Below are positions 49,740-60,737 of a DNA stretch of 64,000 nucleotides, one piece after another. The stretch is taken from the NCBI GenBank assembly GCA_964019335.1, contig OZ025696.1, positions 434,001 through 498,000 on the forward strand. Reading direction: 5' to 3'. Below the pieces are notes generated by a model. The model ran no database searches, was not told where the DNA came from, and saw only the letters and a list, made by a program, of their open reading frames with translations. The DNA comes from Diplonema japonicum (Eukaryota > Protista > Euglenozoa: Diplonemea). Numbering within the stretch: the stretch's first letter is position 1; each line of letters begins with the position of its first letter. Position numbers and translations under genes: made by a program.

Positions 49740-49926
49740 AACATGCAAACTCCTAAAGCGAAAGCCGCATGCCCTAAAAGGGAGGAGGTATGGTCAGTAC
49801 TAGGTAGCTCTCAGTTTCGATCTAATCTTGCGACTCCTCCAAGTGCTGATCTCTTCAGGCAAGTAGCACCCTTCATTGGCTCCCACTAGCATCCCAGCAG
49901 GTATGGAGAGTACTTTTCCCGACCAC
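49740..49926 (-). mobile_element. Hammerhead-bearing dispersed repeat, copy 3
   Basis: Aligns with 13244-13371; the aacatgca end motif lies at about the same offset as in the 6368 copy. Confidence 0.75.
49811..49874 (-). ncRNA. Putative non-circularly permuted hammerhead ribozyme, second intact copy
   Basis: Minus strand reads gggtgc-ta-CTTGC-CTGAAGA-GATC-a-gcactt-ggagga-GTC-GCAAG-atta-GATC-GAAAC-t. Confidence 0.75.
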
Positions 49927-50071
49927 AAAAAAAAAAAGGGAAAAAAAAAAAAAGAATGACATAACCAATAACAACCCTTTTTTTTTGCAGCATCATACCT
50001 TTTAGGTATCCCTGTTCCCGAGGGTTATCTGATGACACAAAAAAAAGTTCTGGGGAGAACCCCCAGCAGGT

Positions 50072-50245
<174 letters not shown>

Positions 50246-51158
50246 GGGAGTACAAAATAATAAAAAAAAGTTGAAAGGAAGAATAAAATAATGCTGTGAA
50301 GATGGGTTGCAAAAAGAAGGGTGAAACAAAAACAGAAGCATACAGGGGGGGGGGGGGGGGTTATCAAATGAAGGTAACAGTGGGGTAGTTTTCTTTTCCC
50401 CCTCGACGAAAAATCACAAACAGTTGTTAATTGTTGGGGAAAAAAAACCAGGGATAGGGAGGACGCCACTTTTTTTTTCTTTTTTTTTTTTCTCTTTCCT
50501 CCTAGAACCCGAAAAATTAACCATCCACGGTAACCTCGAAAAATCTTTTCTCCATCATCCATGGTAACTCCGAAAATTACTACATTTCAAATATTAGTCA
50601 AAAAAAAGAAAGAAAAAAAGGAAAAAAAACAGGGGGGGGGAAAGAGTGTCATGGTGTTTAACAGAACGGTGGAAGAAATACAATGTTACAAGGCTATCGT
50701 GTTTGGTGGTAAGTTTTTTTGAGGTTCAGTAGATGGTGGAAAATGAAATTCAGGTTTAGCTTAACGGGAAATCATTCATTTGCTTACCGTGTGTAATTTC
50801 TTTCTCATTTTTTAACCCCCCCCTCCCCCTGTTGTCATCTTCTTTTCACTCACATTTTTGCACAGGCGAAAAATTCGGCTCAACACAGGAATGTGAAACA
50901 ACTTACCGCCATATTTAACTCTCGTTATTCTAAAAATCTCTACTCAAAAAAAAAAAAAAAAAAAAAAAAAGAAGAAGAAGAAGAAATAAAATGGAAAGCA
51001 CAAGTTAAAAGTATGCCTCATAATTTGTTAATTTGAAAAATTAACTAAGAAGCATTTACAGCAAATATCCCTCAAAAAAAAAAAAAAAAAAAAAAAGACT
51101 CTATTTATCTTATCCCTTCGTGCTGAAGAATCTAGTGGTTTCTATTCCACCAACCACG

Positions 51159-54100
51159 TCAGAGCCTCAAGTGCAGCGGCGGCGGTGACAGGGCAGGGGG
51201 CATGCCTTCTCTCTTCATCGTTTCCAGGACAATCATGATGACAGCATCCGAGTGGTCCTCGTCCCTTACTATCTCCTCGCACTTCTTGTAGTCGCTGCTC
51301 TTGAAAGCCTCTTCGAACTCTTGTGACCACGAACCCTTCCAGTAGTCACCATTTTCTGCAAGCTGGTAGGCCACGGCCCCCTCTGTCCCTGAGTCAGTAA
51401 GGCGGAGGATGGGACGGGTGGAGAAACTGCTGAATAAAGCGGTCTTCTGTATGTCCCCTGACAACACACAAAAGACGACCCCCATCCCAAGGTCCTGTGC
51501 CTTGCACGACAGCTTGAACGCTATGTCCACTGTCTCCCCTATCACAGAGGCGAAGCGCTGCCGGTGTGTCCCCACAAACCCACTCGAACACCGCCCTGTC
51601 CCAATCCCGATGTGCACAGCAACTGACGATGTAACCGTCCGCATGGACTCGTGGCAGAGTGTCGCCCACCGCACAGCATTTTGAAAGTGTGCCGGGCACA
51701 AGATCCCCGTGTTCCAGCTCACAACCACAAGTCGGTTGAACACCGATACAACACTACCAGTCGTCCGTTCCAAGTGCGTGACGAAGGAGCCCAGCGTTTC
51801 GACAGGGTCGGGGGCGAAGAGAGACTTGCTCCCCATCCATAGCGCTGCTATTGTTGCTGAGTTGATCTGCTTGAAGTGCAGGCGTCCACTGATCGCGACT
51901 GATGAGCGGCGGGACCCTGCACTGGAGAGCGAGCGGGATAGCACTGTGCGGATGCACCTCAGTCTCTCGGGGAACCTTCTTGGCAAGAGAAGAGTGATCA
52001 CATGTTTTCCAGAAACACCACGTAGCTCAACCTCTCCCATCACATGTGTTAGAGGGAGTCCTAGGTCCGACCCTGCCACCTTGCCGAAGACCTCAGCCGA
52101 CACTGCAACACACCCCCCTTCACACACTGCCTCAATCCGAGCCGCCTTGTTCACACACCGACCAAAGTAGTCTGTCCGTCCAGACATAGTGTCATTGTCC
52201 AGAGCCACCTCACCCTCGTTCACCCCGATCCGCACACGAAGGCCTTTCCACGTCCCTTCCACATACTCGCTTTCTGAGTTTTTCCCCAGTGACTCCGTCC
52301 ACTTGTCACTGTCGTAGAGGTCTTCCTGAATGTCCAACCCGCACCTGCACGCCGCAAGTGACTCCTCGAAGGCCACCATGAAGCTGTCCCCGATCGTCTT
52401 CACCTCATAACCACTGTGCCGGAGGATGCACCCGCGGATCACATGGTTGTGTATGCCAAGGTTCGTGCACATGTCTTCCGCATCCAGCTCCCACAACATC
52501 GTGCTGTGCTGCACGTCTGTGAACAGGATGGCCGCTGTCCCTGTCTTCCCAGGAGGGTTGATGTTCAACAGGGGGGACACAAGGCTCTGCTCCTGTGAAC
52601 TCTTGTTGTCCACCAAAGACTGTGGGAGGTATCGCCTGAACTCTGTGAGGTTGTCGATGATCTTGATGAAGGAGAGTTGGATCTCGTTCGGGTTTTCGAT
52701 CTCCCTGATGTACGACACCGCCTCGAGGTTCATGTTCGCAATGGACTCCGCACACTTGATCGCCACCATCTTGTCGGTGTGCATGAGGTTCAGTGTCTTC
52801 CTGCTCTGCGTGAGCTTCAGCACGACCCCCACGATCACAGTCATCATCACCGTCCCGAGCACCCCAGCGATGATATAGTAGGTCGTCAGGTCCTGTCCTG
52901 TCGAGACACACTCGGTGTTCCCCTCCCCGTAGTTCGTTGTCCCCGACCCGCAAGGGGTGCACCCAGCCGACCCGAGCCCAGTGCTGTAGGTCCCCTCCCC
53001 ACACGGTGTGCAGTTCGCTGAACCCTTTTGCCCAGAGAAGGTACCGGGTAAGCACTGCAAACAGATCCTCGGCTCCACCACAGACTCCGAGGCTTCAGCA
53101 TACCAACCAGAGTCGCACGGCTCGCACACGATGTCGAAGGAGGGGGGGCTGTGGACAAACACCTCCCGCGAAGAGGTACCTGCCTGGCACCCCCCGTGGC
53201 TCGGAAGGAAGCCGATGTCCACCACCCCATCTATGATGTACTTCATCTTCACCTGAAGGTGGAACTCGTCCAAGCAGCCAGAGGGGTTCTGCAAGACCCC
53301 GTTGTGTACCACAGGGCTGCAGAAGGGGTCGAAGGTCCCTGCCTCGAGCTTTGTCTTCTCTGCTTGGTACACATCTTCATCCTGTCTGCTCACGAGGAAG
53401 GACAGTGGGTAGTTGCGGGAGACGCCCTTGTCATAACCGTACCAGATTGAGCGGTTTGGGTGCCCCTTGAAGGTGTCGGAGAGGGTGCGGAGCATGTACT
53501 CGGTGTAGATGGGACCCCAGTTGAAGTTCGCAGAGGTGAGCACCGACTCCCCGATGGACAGCCGTTGGTCTCCGTTTGAGCCTGTCGACAGCTTCCCTTG
53601 AGCCTTCGCCGTCACAGGGGACGCCTTCGTGTCAGTGTGGTAGGCGATCACATCGCAGCCGAGCTTCGCAAGCACCTCTGTTGCATACCCTTCCTTCACA
53701 GCGTCCATGAAGGTCCCGATCCACAGCACCACCACCTCCGTCGAAGCATTCCCCTTCTGTGCCCCAAGGTAGTATGCATTGATGTTCCTGTACACCTCAG
53801 GGATGGGGACAGACGCCACGTAGCCGATGCGGCCCGATGTAGACTGCCCCGCCGACACCACCCCAGACAGGTACCGTGCTTGGTACAGCTTTCCAGAGGC
53901 CGTTGCGAAGTTGGGCTTCCCGCTGTAGTAGCCTGTCATGTGCACGAAGTCCACCTCAGGGTACTCGGATGCTGCCTCGAAGGTTTGGTCGTGGAACGTG
54001 AATGACGTCGCGAAGATCAGCTGAAACCCCCTCTTGACAAGATCTGCAATCGTGTCCTTGCACTTCCCTGCCTTCACACTCTCCACCACCTCTGTCTGGA

Positions 54101-54263
54101 TGCGGGTGGTGTTCCCCACTGCTTGCTGCACCGCCTCCACTGCCTCGATCCTCCCCAGGTTGTGGTTGTAGGTCCACCCATAGTCATCCAGGGGGCCACT
54201 TAGGATGAACGCAGCCCGCAGGTCACCCACAACCAGGGCAGCGATCACCAGGACCCCGATCAT
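51159..54263 (-). CDS. Bmp-domain receptor adenylate cyclase (copy 3)
   Basis: Same architecture; N-terminal region matches copy 2. Confidence 0.9.
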   Translation of the reverse strand: MIGVLVIAALVVGDLRAAFILSGPLDDYGWTYNHNLGRIEAVEAVQQAVGNTTRIQTEVVESVKAGKCKDTIADLVKRGFQLIFATSFTFHDQTFEAASEYPEVDFVHMTGYYSGKPNFATASGKLYQARYLSGVVSAGQSTSGRIGYVASVPIPEVYRNINAYYLGAQKGNASTEVVVLWIGTFMDAVKEGYATEVLAKLGCDVIAYHTDTKASPVTAKAQGKLSTGSNGDQRLSIGESVLTSANFNWGPIYTEYMLRTLSDTFKGHPNRSIWYGYDKGVSRNYPLSFLVSRQDEDVYQAEKTKLEAGTFDPFCSPVVHNGVLQNPSGCLDEFHLQVKMKYIIDGVVDIGFLPSHGGCQAGTSSREVFVHSPPSFDIVCEPCDSGWYAEASESVVEPRICLQCLPGTFSGQKGSANCTPCGEGTYSTGLGSAGCTPCGSGTTNYGEGNTECVSTGQDLTTYYIIAGVLGTVMMTVIVGVVLKLTQSRKTLNLMHTDKMVAIKCAESIANMNLEAVSYIREIENPNEIQLSFIKIIDNLTEFRRYLPQSLVDNKSSQEQSLVSPLLNINPPGKTGTAAILFTDVQHSTMLWELDAEDMCTNLGIHNHVIRGCILRHSGYEVKTIGDSFMVAFEESLAACRCGLDIQEDLYDSDKWTESLGKNSESEYVEGTWKGLRVRIGVNEGEVALDNDTMSGRTDYFGRCVNKAARIEAVCEGGCVAVSAEVFGKVAGSDLGLPLTHVMGEVELRGVSGKHVITLLLPRRFPERLRCIRTVLSRSLSSAGSRRSSVAISGRLHFKQINSATIAALWMGSKSLFAPDPVETLGSFVTHLERTTGSVVSVFNRLVVVSWNTGILCPAHFQNAVRWATLCHESMRTVTSSVAVHIGIGTGRCSSGFVGTHRQRFASVIGETVDIAFKLSCKAQDLGMGVVFCVLSGDIQKTALFSSFSTRPILRLTDSGTEGAVAYQLAENGDYWKGSWSQEFEEAFKSSDYKKCEEIVRDEDHSDAVIMIVLETMKREGMPPALSPPPLHLRL

Positions 54264-54358
54264 GTTGACATCAAAGGTTTTCTGTTCGAGTACTCGGAAT
54301 CATAGTAAAAGAAGCAACAAAAAAATAAATACAACAAGTCAAAAAATCTATTTAGGCA

Positions 54359-55456
54359 CTAGGTACCCTCCACAGCGCTGATGATGAGCAGGATCTGATC
54401 CTTACATAGCTTCTCCCAGTCGAGGTTAATGGACTTCCAATGGGTTTTAATGGTGTGGAGGGCTGTGTGTTGGACATCGGAACGGCCTTCTTTGAAGGCG
54501 GAGGTGAAGGACTCCGCACAGGTGTCGGGGTCCCTAGCACGGGAGAGGAGAACCGTTTCGGTCAGAGAACTGAGGCGTCCTAGGTGGAGCTGGTGCGCCA
54601 CACGACCGACGGCGTAGAGGAGGTGAGGAGGAGGGGGGACAGAAGTGTAGATGTAGGTGAGCACAGCGAGCATAATTTCGCAAGACATCCGGCAAGCTTC
54701 CGAAGGAGAGGATGCGGCTTCAGGCGGAACAATGTTCTCGATGACGAGCTGTGTGAGTTTGGAACGGTTCTGTTGGCGTTCACACTGCCGAAGGGCGTCT
54801 GCGAAGTAAGAGCTTCGTGATGCTAGGATGCACTTATGCCCGAGAATGGTGCGCTGCTCACGTCCGCTTTGAACAATGACAGCAACGTCTGCGTACTCAT
54901 CAGCGTTGACGAGCTTCAGGAGGTCTACCTTGAGCTGCTCGCCAGGTCCTGCTACATGGGTGTCTTTAATGCTTACGCTTTGCACCCCAACCCGTAAAGC
55001 CTGCCGCCCCACGTGCTCCACCACTGTGAACCGTATTGCCACCGCTTTGAACGTTGGAGAGCAGGTCACAACGCATAACTGGTGGTTGTCTGTGTTGCCT
55101 TTCTGCACCTCACCCCTGTTGTAGTCGACCCACGTCATGAAGTCCGCTGTGTACTGCAGGGTGTACCTTGTGACCCACCATGGCTCCACGGGGTGCCCTT
55201 GGGTTGCGACGCCGGTCACCGTGTGGCCTTCTTCATCTCCGTTTTCCCACCTATTTTTATTCACCAGAGATATCTGTAGGTACTCCCCTTGCCCTCCCCG
55301 TGCGACCCATGCCGACAATGGGAAGTGCAGCCTACCGTATGAAGGCGATGCCACAGAGCTGCTCGCCGTGAAAGCTGATGGCGGGAGGTCGTCCATCGCT
55401 AGCTGGCGGTGCTGCAGGTTTGCGTTGTGGTGCGGTGGCGGCGGCAGCGGGTCCAT
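54359..55456 (-). CDS. F5/8 type C (discoidin) + BTB/POZ domain protein
   Basis: AFTASS...AW...EYLQI...VTGVATQG...WVTRYTLQY...ALRVGV, followed by YADVAVIV...ILGHKCILASRSSYF...VLTYIYT. Confidence 0.85.
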   Translation of the reverse strand: MDPLPPPPHHNANLQHRQLAMDDLPPSAFTASSSVASPSYGRLHFPLSAWVARGGQGEYLQISLVNKNRWENGDEEGHTVTGVATQGHPVEPWWVTRYTLQYTADFMTWVDYNRGEVQKGNTDNHQLCVVTCSPTFKAVAIRFTVVEHVGRQALRVGVQSVSIKDTHVAGPGEQLKVDLLKLVNADEYADVAVIVQSGREQRTILGHKCILASRSSYFADALRQCERQQNRSKLTQLVIENIVPPEAASSPSEACRMSCEIMLAVLTYIYTSVPPPPHLLYAVGRVAHQLHLGRLSSLTETVLLSRARDPDTCAESFTSAFKEGRSDVQHTALHTIKTHWKSINLDWEKLCKDQILLIISAVEGT

Positions 55457-55547
55457 TTCTCTTCCTCCCCCTTTTCCCCTTCCCTCCTTTCCTTATTTTT
55501 CTTATTTAGAAAGAGAGAGAAAAAAAGAACATAGAGATAAATAAATA

Positions 55548-56124
55548 CTGTAAAACAGAAAATGCCGAACGGACGAAAGCTGGACGGGAAAATGCCAGAC
55601 GGACAAACTCCGGACGCGACAGAAACCTGGACGTTTGTCCGTCCGGCATTTTTTTACATGGGAGAGGTACGGTATGTAGGATCCTAAGAGGAAAATCTTT
55701 TGTTGTGTTTTTTAGCCCAGCAAGGGGGAGAAGCTTCTGGGTGACTTGGCAATACCTCCCAAAGCTCGCACCTACTACCTTTAACACAGGGCAGTATTTG
55801 AAAGTGCGCCTACAAGCCACGTAAGCTTGGAGGCAAGAGAGTTGCGTAGTAGTTCCCTACCCCCCTTTTTTTTTCCTTTTCTTTTTGCCTTTATTATTTA
55901 ACCCTTTCCCACACAGTATCTTCATCAAAGTGTCACATCATGGTACATCCTGCATACGACAAGAAAGGCATGGTGAATTGTAAGCTAGCAGGGCCCCTCT
56001 GTTCTCCCATTGGTTTCTGACTGAAAAGCTATAAAGAGAATTTTAATGCCGATCGGGAAAATGCCGGACGGCCAAAAAACCCGGACGTTTAACCGTCCGG
56101 CATTTTTTTTTTTTTGTTTTACAG
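55548..56124. mobile_element. pogo-like MITE
   Basis: TA|ctgtaaaaca ... tgttttacag|TA with ccggacg subterminal repeats as in 35838-37445. Confidence 0.82.
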
Positions 56125-56172
56125 TAAATAAAAACACCACAACCCTCATAAAAAAAAATATAAAAAAAAGTT

Positions 56173-57351
56173 CTAACCAGTTCTCTCCCACATATCACCC
56201 TCAACTAGGATGCTCTCAGCTCCTTGAAGCACCCCTTCGGGAGCTTTTATGTACTTCTCGTAATGCTCGGAAAGCTCTGACCCCGAAAGGTCACGAAGGG
56301 AAGTGTCCGTCGCGATGACTTCACCAAAGATCTCAGGAAACCCTGGAGGGAGCACCCCACGGATGAGGCTGGTCTGTGAGGTTGGTTGCCGGGGCATGAT
56401 GAAGACTTGGTTGCTCGCAAAGAGTAAGTTATAAGGCTGCTCACGAGCGTAGAGGTACGCGATGACGCGGCTGAGTAAGTCCGATACAATATCGATGTAA
56501 AAAGAGATGTTGCGGATGGCAAAGCCGGGTACTTGGAACTTCTTTAGGGAATAGATGCGGAGGTCCGGGTGGTACTTGTGCGCGGCCAGGAGCACCTTTT
56601 CAGCTTCTTCCACCGGGAGCACACCGCCCTCCCGGGGTCCGTGGTAACTCCAGAACTGAAAATGCAAATGGTTCACGCTAGCCCCCGCTGCAAGCGAATT
56701 AAACCCGACCCTGAAGTCCCTCCCCAATGGGAGGAGCGAGGCCGCAAACCGCATCCCGACTTCAAGCGCGTCAGAGGTAAGATGCTGCGATCGATTTTCT
56801 CGCACATACGGTGCCAAAATGCCTGAATATCTGCTGAGAGGGAACTTGTTAGTCATTACGAAGTGTGCTGGATCTAGGTTTTCCACAGGTGTGCATGAGC
56901 ACCCGTGCCAAGGGACGGGGCTGAAGTAAAACAAAACCTCGTATGCAGGGATCTTGTGGAAGTTGAAGAGGGACGAGTTGAAGGGCGTCTGCATGCTCTG
57001 CTGTGTGTTCCAGATTGTAGTTCTCCGTTTCTTTCCTCTTGAAGGGTTGAAGGCGATGTCGAATGTGCCCCTTGCCACTGCCAGCTCCCCAAGGGGGTCC
57101 ACAGCCTGTTCGTCCCATAGCTTTTTTAAAGTCTTGCCTAGTGGGAGATTGCTCCCCCCACCACAGCCGAGAACCCTCTTCCCCCTGCACCCCAGAAGGC
57201 TTTCTTGCATCGCGTCGGTGTTCTTCCCCCCCGACGTTCCTATTGCTATGAAACAAGCCACCATCGTAGCAACCCACATCAGCAACCACCTCCCGGCGTT
57301 CACCCTTCCCAACACTGAAGGGTACCCCAGTGTTTGTCTCGGCCTGTGCAT
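56173..57351 (-). CDS. GDP-D-glucose/GDP-L-galactose phosphorylase family (GDPGP1/VTC2-like) with an N-terminal hydrophobic anchor
   Basis: FNPSR, PFNSSLFNFHKI, NKFPL and GFNSLAAGASVNHLHFQ (HxHxQ HIT variant); TM-like WLLMWVATMVACFIAIGT. Confidence 0.85.
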   Translation of the reverse strand: MHRPRQTLGYPSVLGRVNAGRWLLMWVATMVACFIAIGTSGGKNTDAMQESLLGCRGKRVLGCGGGSNLPLGKTLKKLWDEQAVDPLGELAVARGTFDIAFNPSRGKKRRTTIWNTQQSMQTPFNSSLFNFHKIPAYEVLFYFSPVPWHGCSCTPVENLDPAHFVMTNKFPLSRYSGILAPYVRENRSQHLTSDALEVGMRFAASLLPLGRDFRVGFNSLAAGASVNHLHFQFWSYHGPREGGVLPVEEAEKVLLAAHKYHPDLRIYSLKKFQVPGFAIRNISFYIDIVSDLLSRVIAYLYAREQPYNLLFASNQVFIMPRQPTSQTSLIRGVLPPGFPEIFGEVIATDTSLRDLSGSELSEHYEKYIKAPEGVLQGAESILVEGDMWERTG

Positions 57352-57417
57352 CTCTTTCTTTTTTATCACACTTTCCTGTTTTTCTTTCTTTTTTTTCCCC
57401 CCCCCACCCCCAAATCG

Positions 57418-57830
57418 ATGAGTTGCGCTTTACATCACATTGCGCGTGTTGTATCCAAGATGTCCACCTGCGTTCATCGTACTAGGCTAAAAGCTAAAGG
57501 TGCGCAACAGGCTAAGAGCTAAAGTTGCGCAGCATCCGCAGGTGAAGAGGTTACTCGTGGCTGCCGACAAATTCAGCCTTGAGCCCGAGGAATGGAACGC
57601 TTGCGGTAATCTAGCATCCATCGCATTGGTCACCTGGTACAGTGGTGCAACGTGTGCCAGCCCCCTGCAGCACAAGCCACACTGGCCAGCTTCGGCGCAT
57701 CTGCTGCTGGTATAGAGAGAATCATAGCCAAAGTTTGGGTATTGTTTGGATTCGAGGCACCGCGAAGATGCACGATGTCCATGCTTAAAGGAACCATTCC
57801 AGTGGGAGAGTACTTGCTTCTGCGCTTGAA
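57418..57830 (+). pseudogene. Decayed hAT transposase fragment
   Basis: SCALHHIARVV (CxxH), LEPEEWNACGNLASI, HWPASAHL and ASAAGIERII in the expected order across frameshifts; opposite strand to all genes. Confidence 0.55.
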
Positions 57831-58790
57831 GGGGTACCTGTAGGATGCACCCGATCGGGACGGCATTCGTCGTTTGGAGACAGGGCACGTGAAGGGGGGG
57901 GAATAGATGACACGAAGAAAGATACAAAAAAGAAAAAGGAAAGGGGGGAAATTTGGGATAAATAAATAAACGGAGGGGGGGGGGGGGGGGGGTGTTTTCA
58001 TACTTGAAACCGTTGTTGGGGGCCTTACAAGGGGAACGGAGGAGTTCCCCTGTGTCCCCTACTTTCTTTCCATCTGGTTTTGGAGGGCGTCTTGTTGGGG
58101 ATTCTATTTTTGTCACTAAGCAGAAACCCCCGCAGGGTAGGTGACTAGGCAACTACACAGAAGATACGGGATAGGCAGGATAGGGGTGGGGTACTAAAGG
58201 TTACGTGAAGCGAGATCTGTATCTTCAAATTGAGATAGTTTCTCGCTTTTTTTTTTTTTTTTTCTCTTCTACCTCCGATAGGTTGCAAGTATGGTTCATA
58301 AACATAATAGCTGTGGGAATAGATGCTATTTCTTTTTTCTGAAAAACTTACTAATTAAGTGGCAAACGTAAAAAAAGGGGGGGGAGAAGAAGAAAAGGCT
58401 TTTACTACCAAAAAGAAATCCCATTCTGGGAATTAAGTGAATGTTTGCCTTTTTTTTGGGGGGGGGGGTAGCGCTTTTTTTTTGGGGGGAATATTAAGTG
58501 AAATAACCCCTTATTTTTAATTTTTCCTCTTCATTCATAGTCCCTTCTCTTTCCATCTTTTTTTTTTTGAACTAAATTTGGAGATTCTCTCCCATCCTTT
58601 CCTTTATTGTTTGTTTTTTTTTCTTTTCTTTTTTTTTTTTCCTTTCTTCCTCCCCCTCGTTCTTTTCTAATGGGAAAAAACTTATACAGGGAAGTGGGTG
58701 GGGTGTTTTCATCTTTTCCGGTTCTAATCGGCTTTCTGGTTCCTTTCTTCAACGCACTGCCTGTTGACTATTCTCCGTTCCACTACCAAC

Positions 58791-60737
58791 TCACACACCA
58801 TAAGCAGAGCTCTGCCACCTGGGAGGGGGCTGATTGTAATTCAAGCTTAGCCGCGAGGCCTCAGAGGAGAGAGACTGAGACAGCTCGCTGAGCTCCTGCC
58901 TCACACGTGCCACGCTATGCGTAGTGCGCTCATAACTGTCGGCAAGACGCTCTGCTTCTTGTAGCTTCTCCTTGAAAGCATGCACCTCCCGTTGGTACTG
59001 TTTGTGTTCCCGCCGCCTCGCCCGCTCGTTGTGCTGGTAGTGCCGTGTGAACATCTTGGACAGCCGCGATATACCTGACGCTTCCTTAGCACGCACCGGT
59101 ACCACAGCCCTCCCTTCTACCGCATCAAGCATTCGTCCACACATCATTTGGATGCTGTGGATCTCTTCCTCAAGGCCTGTGTTCTTCGGCTGCTCTGTTG
59201 GTTTGAAGATCCTCCGCCTGCGGGACCCGCTCAAGGTGACGGGGACAGCGACAGGGCCTTGCATCTTGGAGTTGATCAATTCTTGGGTTTCGAGAATTTT
59301 CAACTGCGCACGCTGGTGCTCTTCGATCTCCTTGTGCACGTCTTTTATGCTCTGCAGGTGCTGGGTCAGGACCTCTTTCACGACACTGCGCTCGCTGCCC
59401 ACGGACGGCGACGCAGACCGTTGCGCTTGTGCCTTCACAGGGGGCGACCAGCCTGCATCGAGCAACTGCTTCATGTCAACACCTTGCAGCGGAGACGGTT
59501 GGTATGAAGTAGATGAGCCGGTTCTCTGAAGGAGCTCGGGGGATTGCGATGGGGCACGCAGTATGGACACAGGTGAGGGGGTGCGGGGGACTGCGAAGGT
59601 CTCTCTTTCTTGTATCGCGGTGATTTCTTCTTGCTGCCTGCGGATGGTCTCCTGCTGGTTGATGATTTCGTCCTGAAGCTCCTTCTGCTGCCGCAGCAGA
59701 TCGCAGGTGATCCTATGAGTGTCGAGGGCACGCTCTGCTGCGTCCTGGTCCTCACGAGTCACGCGGGGTGATGGTTCGGCTTCTTCCTTTTCCTCACGTG
59801 GCGGTGGTGGTGGTTTCGAACCCCTGCGCTCCTGTCGTTCTATGAACTCTGTCAGAAAGCTCAGCTCCTCTTCTTTGTTGGGGTAGAGCCTGTTCAGTGC
59901 CATGGCGATATCCCGCTCCTTTCCCTTGTTGTTGTAGAGCACTTTCGGAACAGTCTTCGCCCTATCGTCGCTCTGCCGATCGTCCATGTCGTAGTAGAAG
60001 TCTTGCAGTCTCCTAGCCAGCTCTGCACGCTCAGGGTCCAGCTTCATCATGTAATCAATGGGTGGGCTGTCGGGGCCGTACTTGTCTATGTATTTTTTGA
60101 GCCAGATGAGGTTTTTCTTCTGTCCGTCTCCGTAGCTTGTCATAAGCTTCTTGTAAAAGTCTGAGGGGCATGTTTTGTAGTGCTCCCATATGGTGGGGAC
60201 TCTTGGTAGGTTAGCGGGTGCAGTGAGTTCGTAGAACTGCGACAACCTATCGACCGCGTCGTCGTCTGTCTCTGGCAGTCCAGGGCTGATTTGTGGTTCG
60301 TTGTCCTCTTCTTCTGGTTCTTCTTCTTCTTCTTCTTCTCTTTCTTCTTCTCTCTCCTCCGGTGGGGGGGTCTGCTGTCTCTTTTTTTTCGGCGGTTCTT
60401 CCTCTTCCTCCTCCTCTTTCTCCTCTTTCTTTTTCTTTTTGGGTTTTTCCTCCTTCTCTTTTTCTTTCTCTTGTTTTTCCACGAACTCTATCCACTCGTC
60501 CAGCCACTTCAGCTCATTGACGAGATCGCCGTACTTAGTCTCCAGTGCTGTGTAGAGTGCCTGGGGGTTCCCGTTGTACTTTTTGTTTTTCAAGATGTTT
60601 GCAGCAGAGCCCACTTTGTTCTTGTGTCCCTCCCTCGCAGCAAGTTTGAAGAAGCCGTCCAGCTTCTTAGCCATCTTTTCATCTGTAAAGTCTTCCTCCG
60701 TTTTTGCCTTGTTCCGTCGTAAGCCTTTGAACACCAT
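58791..60737 (-). CDS. Hypothetical protein with three helical repeats (L..FY...V..I...Y.G...L..KYG-like), charged linkers and coiled coils
   Basis: 648-aa ORF; repeats begin KLDGFFK, RLSQFYE and RLQDFYY. Confidence 0.8.
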   Translation of the reverse strand: MVFKGLRRNKAKTEEDFTDEKMAKKLDGFFKLAAREGHKNKVGSAANILKNKKYNGNPQALYTALETKYGDLVNELKWLDEWIEFVEKQEKEKEKEEKPKKKKKEEKEEEEEEEPPKKKRQQTPPPEEREEEREEEEEEEPEEEDNEPQISPGLPETDDDAVDRLSQFYELTAPANLPRVPTIWEHYKTCPSDFYKKLMTSYGDGQKKNLIWLKKYIDKYGPDSPPIDYMMKLDPERAELARRLQDFYYDMDDRQSDDRAKTVPKVLYNNKGKERDIAMALNRLYPNKEEELSFLTEFIERQERRGSKPPPPPREEKEEAEPSPRVTREDQDAAERALDTHRITCDLLRQQKELQDEIINQQETIRRQQEEITAIQERETFAVPRTPSPVSILRAPSQSPELLQRTGSSTSYQPSPLQGVDMKQLLDAGWSPPVKAQAQRSASPSVGSERSVVKEVLTQHLQSIKDVHKEIEEHQRAQLKILETQELINSKMQGPVAVPVTLSGSRRRRIFKPTEQPKNTGLEEEIHSIQMMCGRMLDAVEGRAVVPVRAKEASGISRLSKMFTRHYQHNERARRREHKQYQREVHAFKEKLQEAERLADSYERTTHSVARVRQELSELSQSLSSEASRLSLNYNQPPPRWQSSAYGV

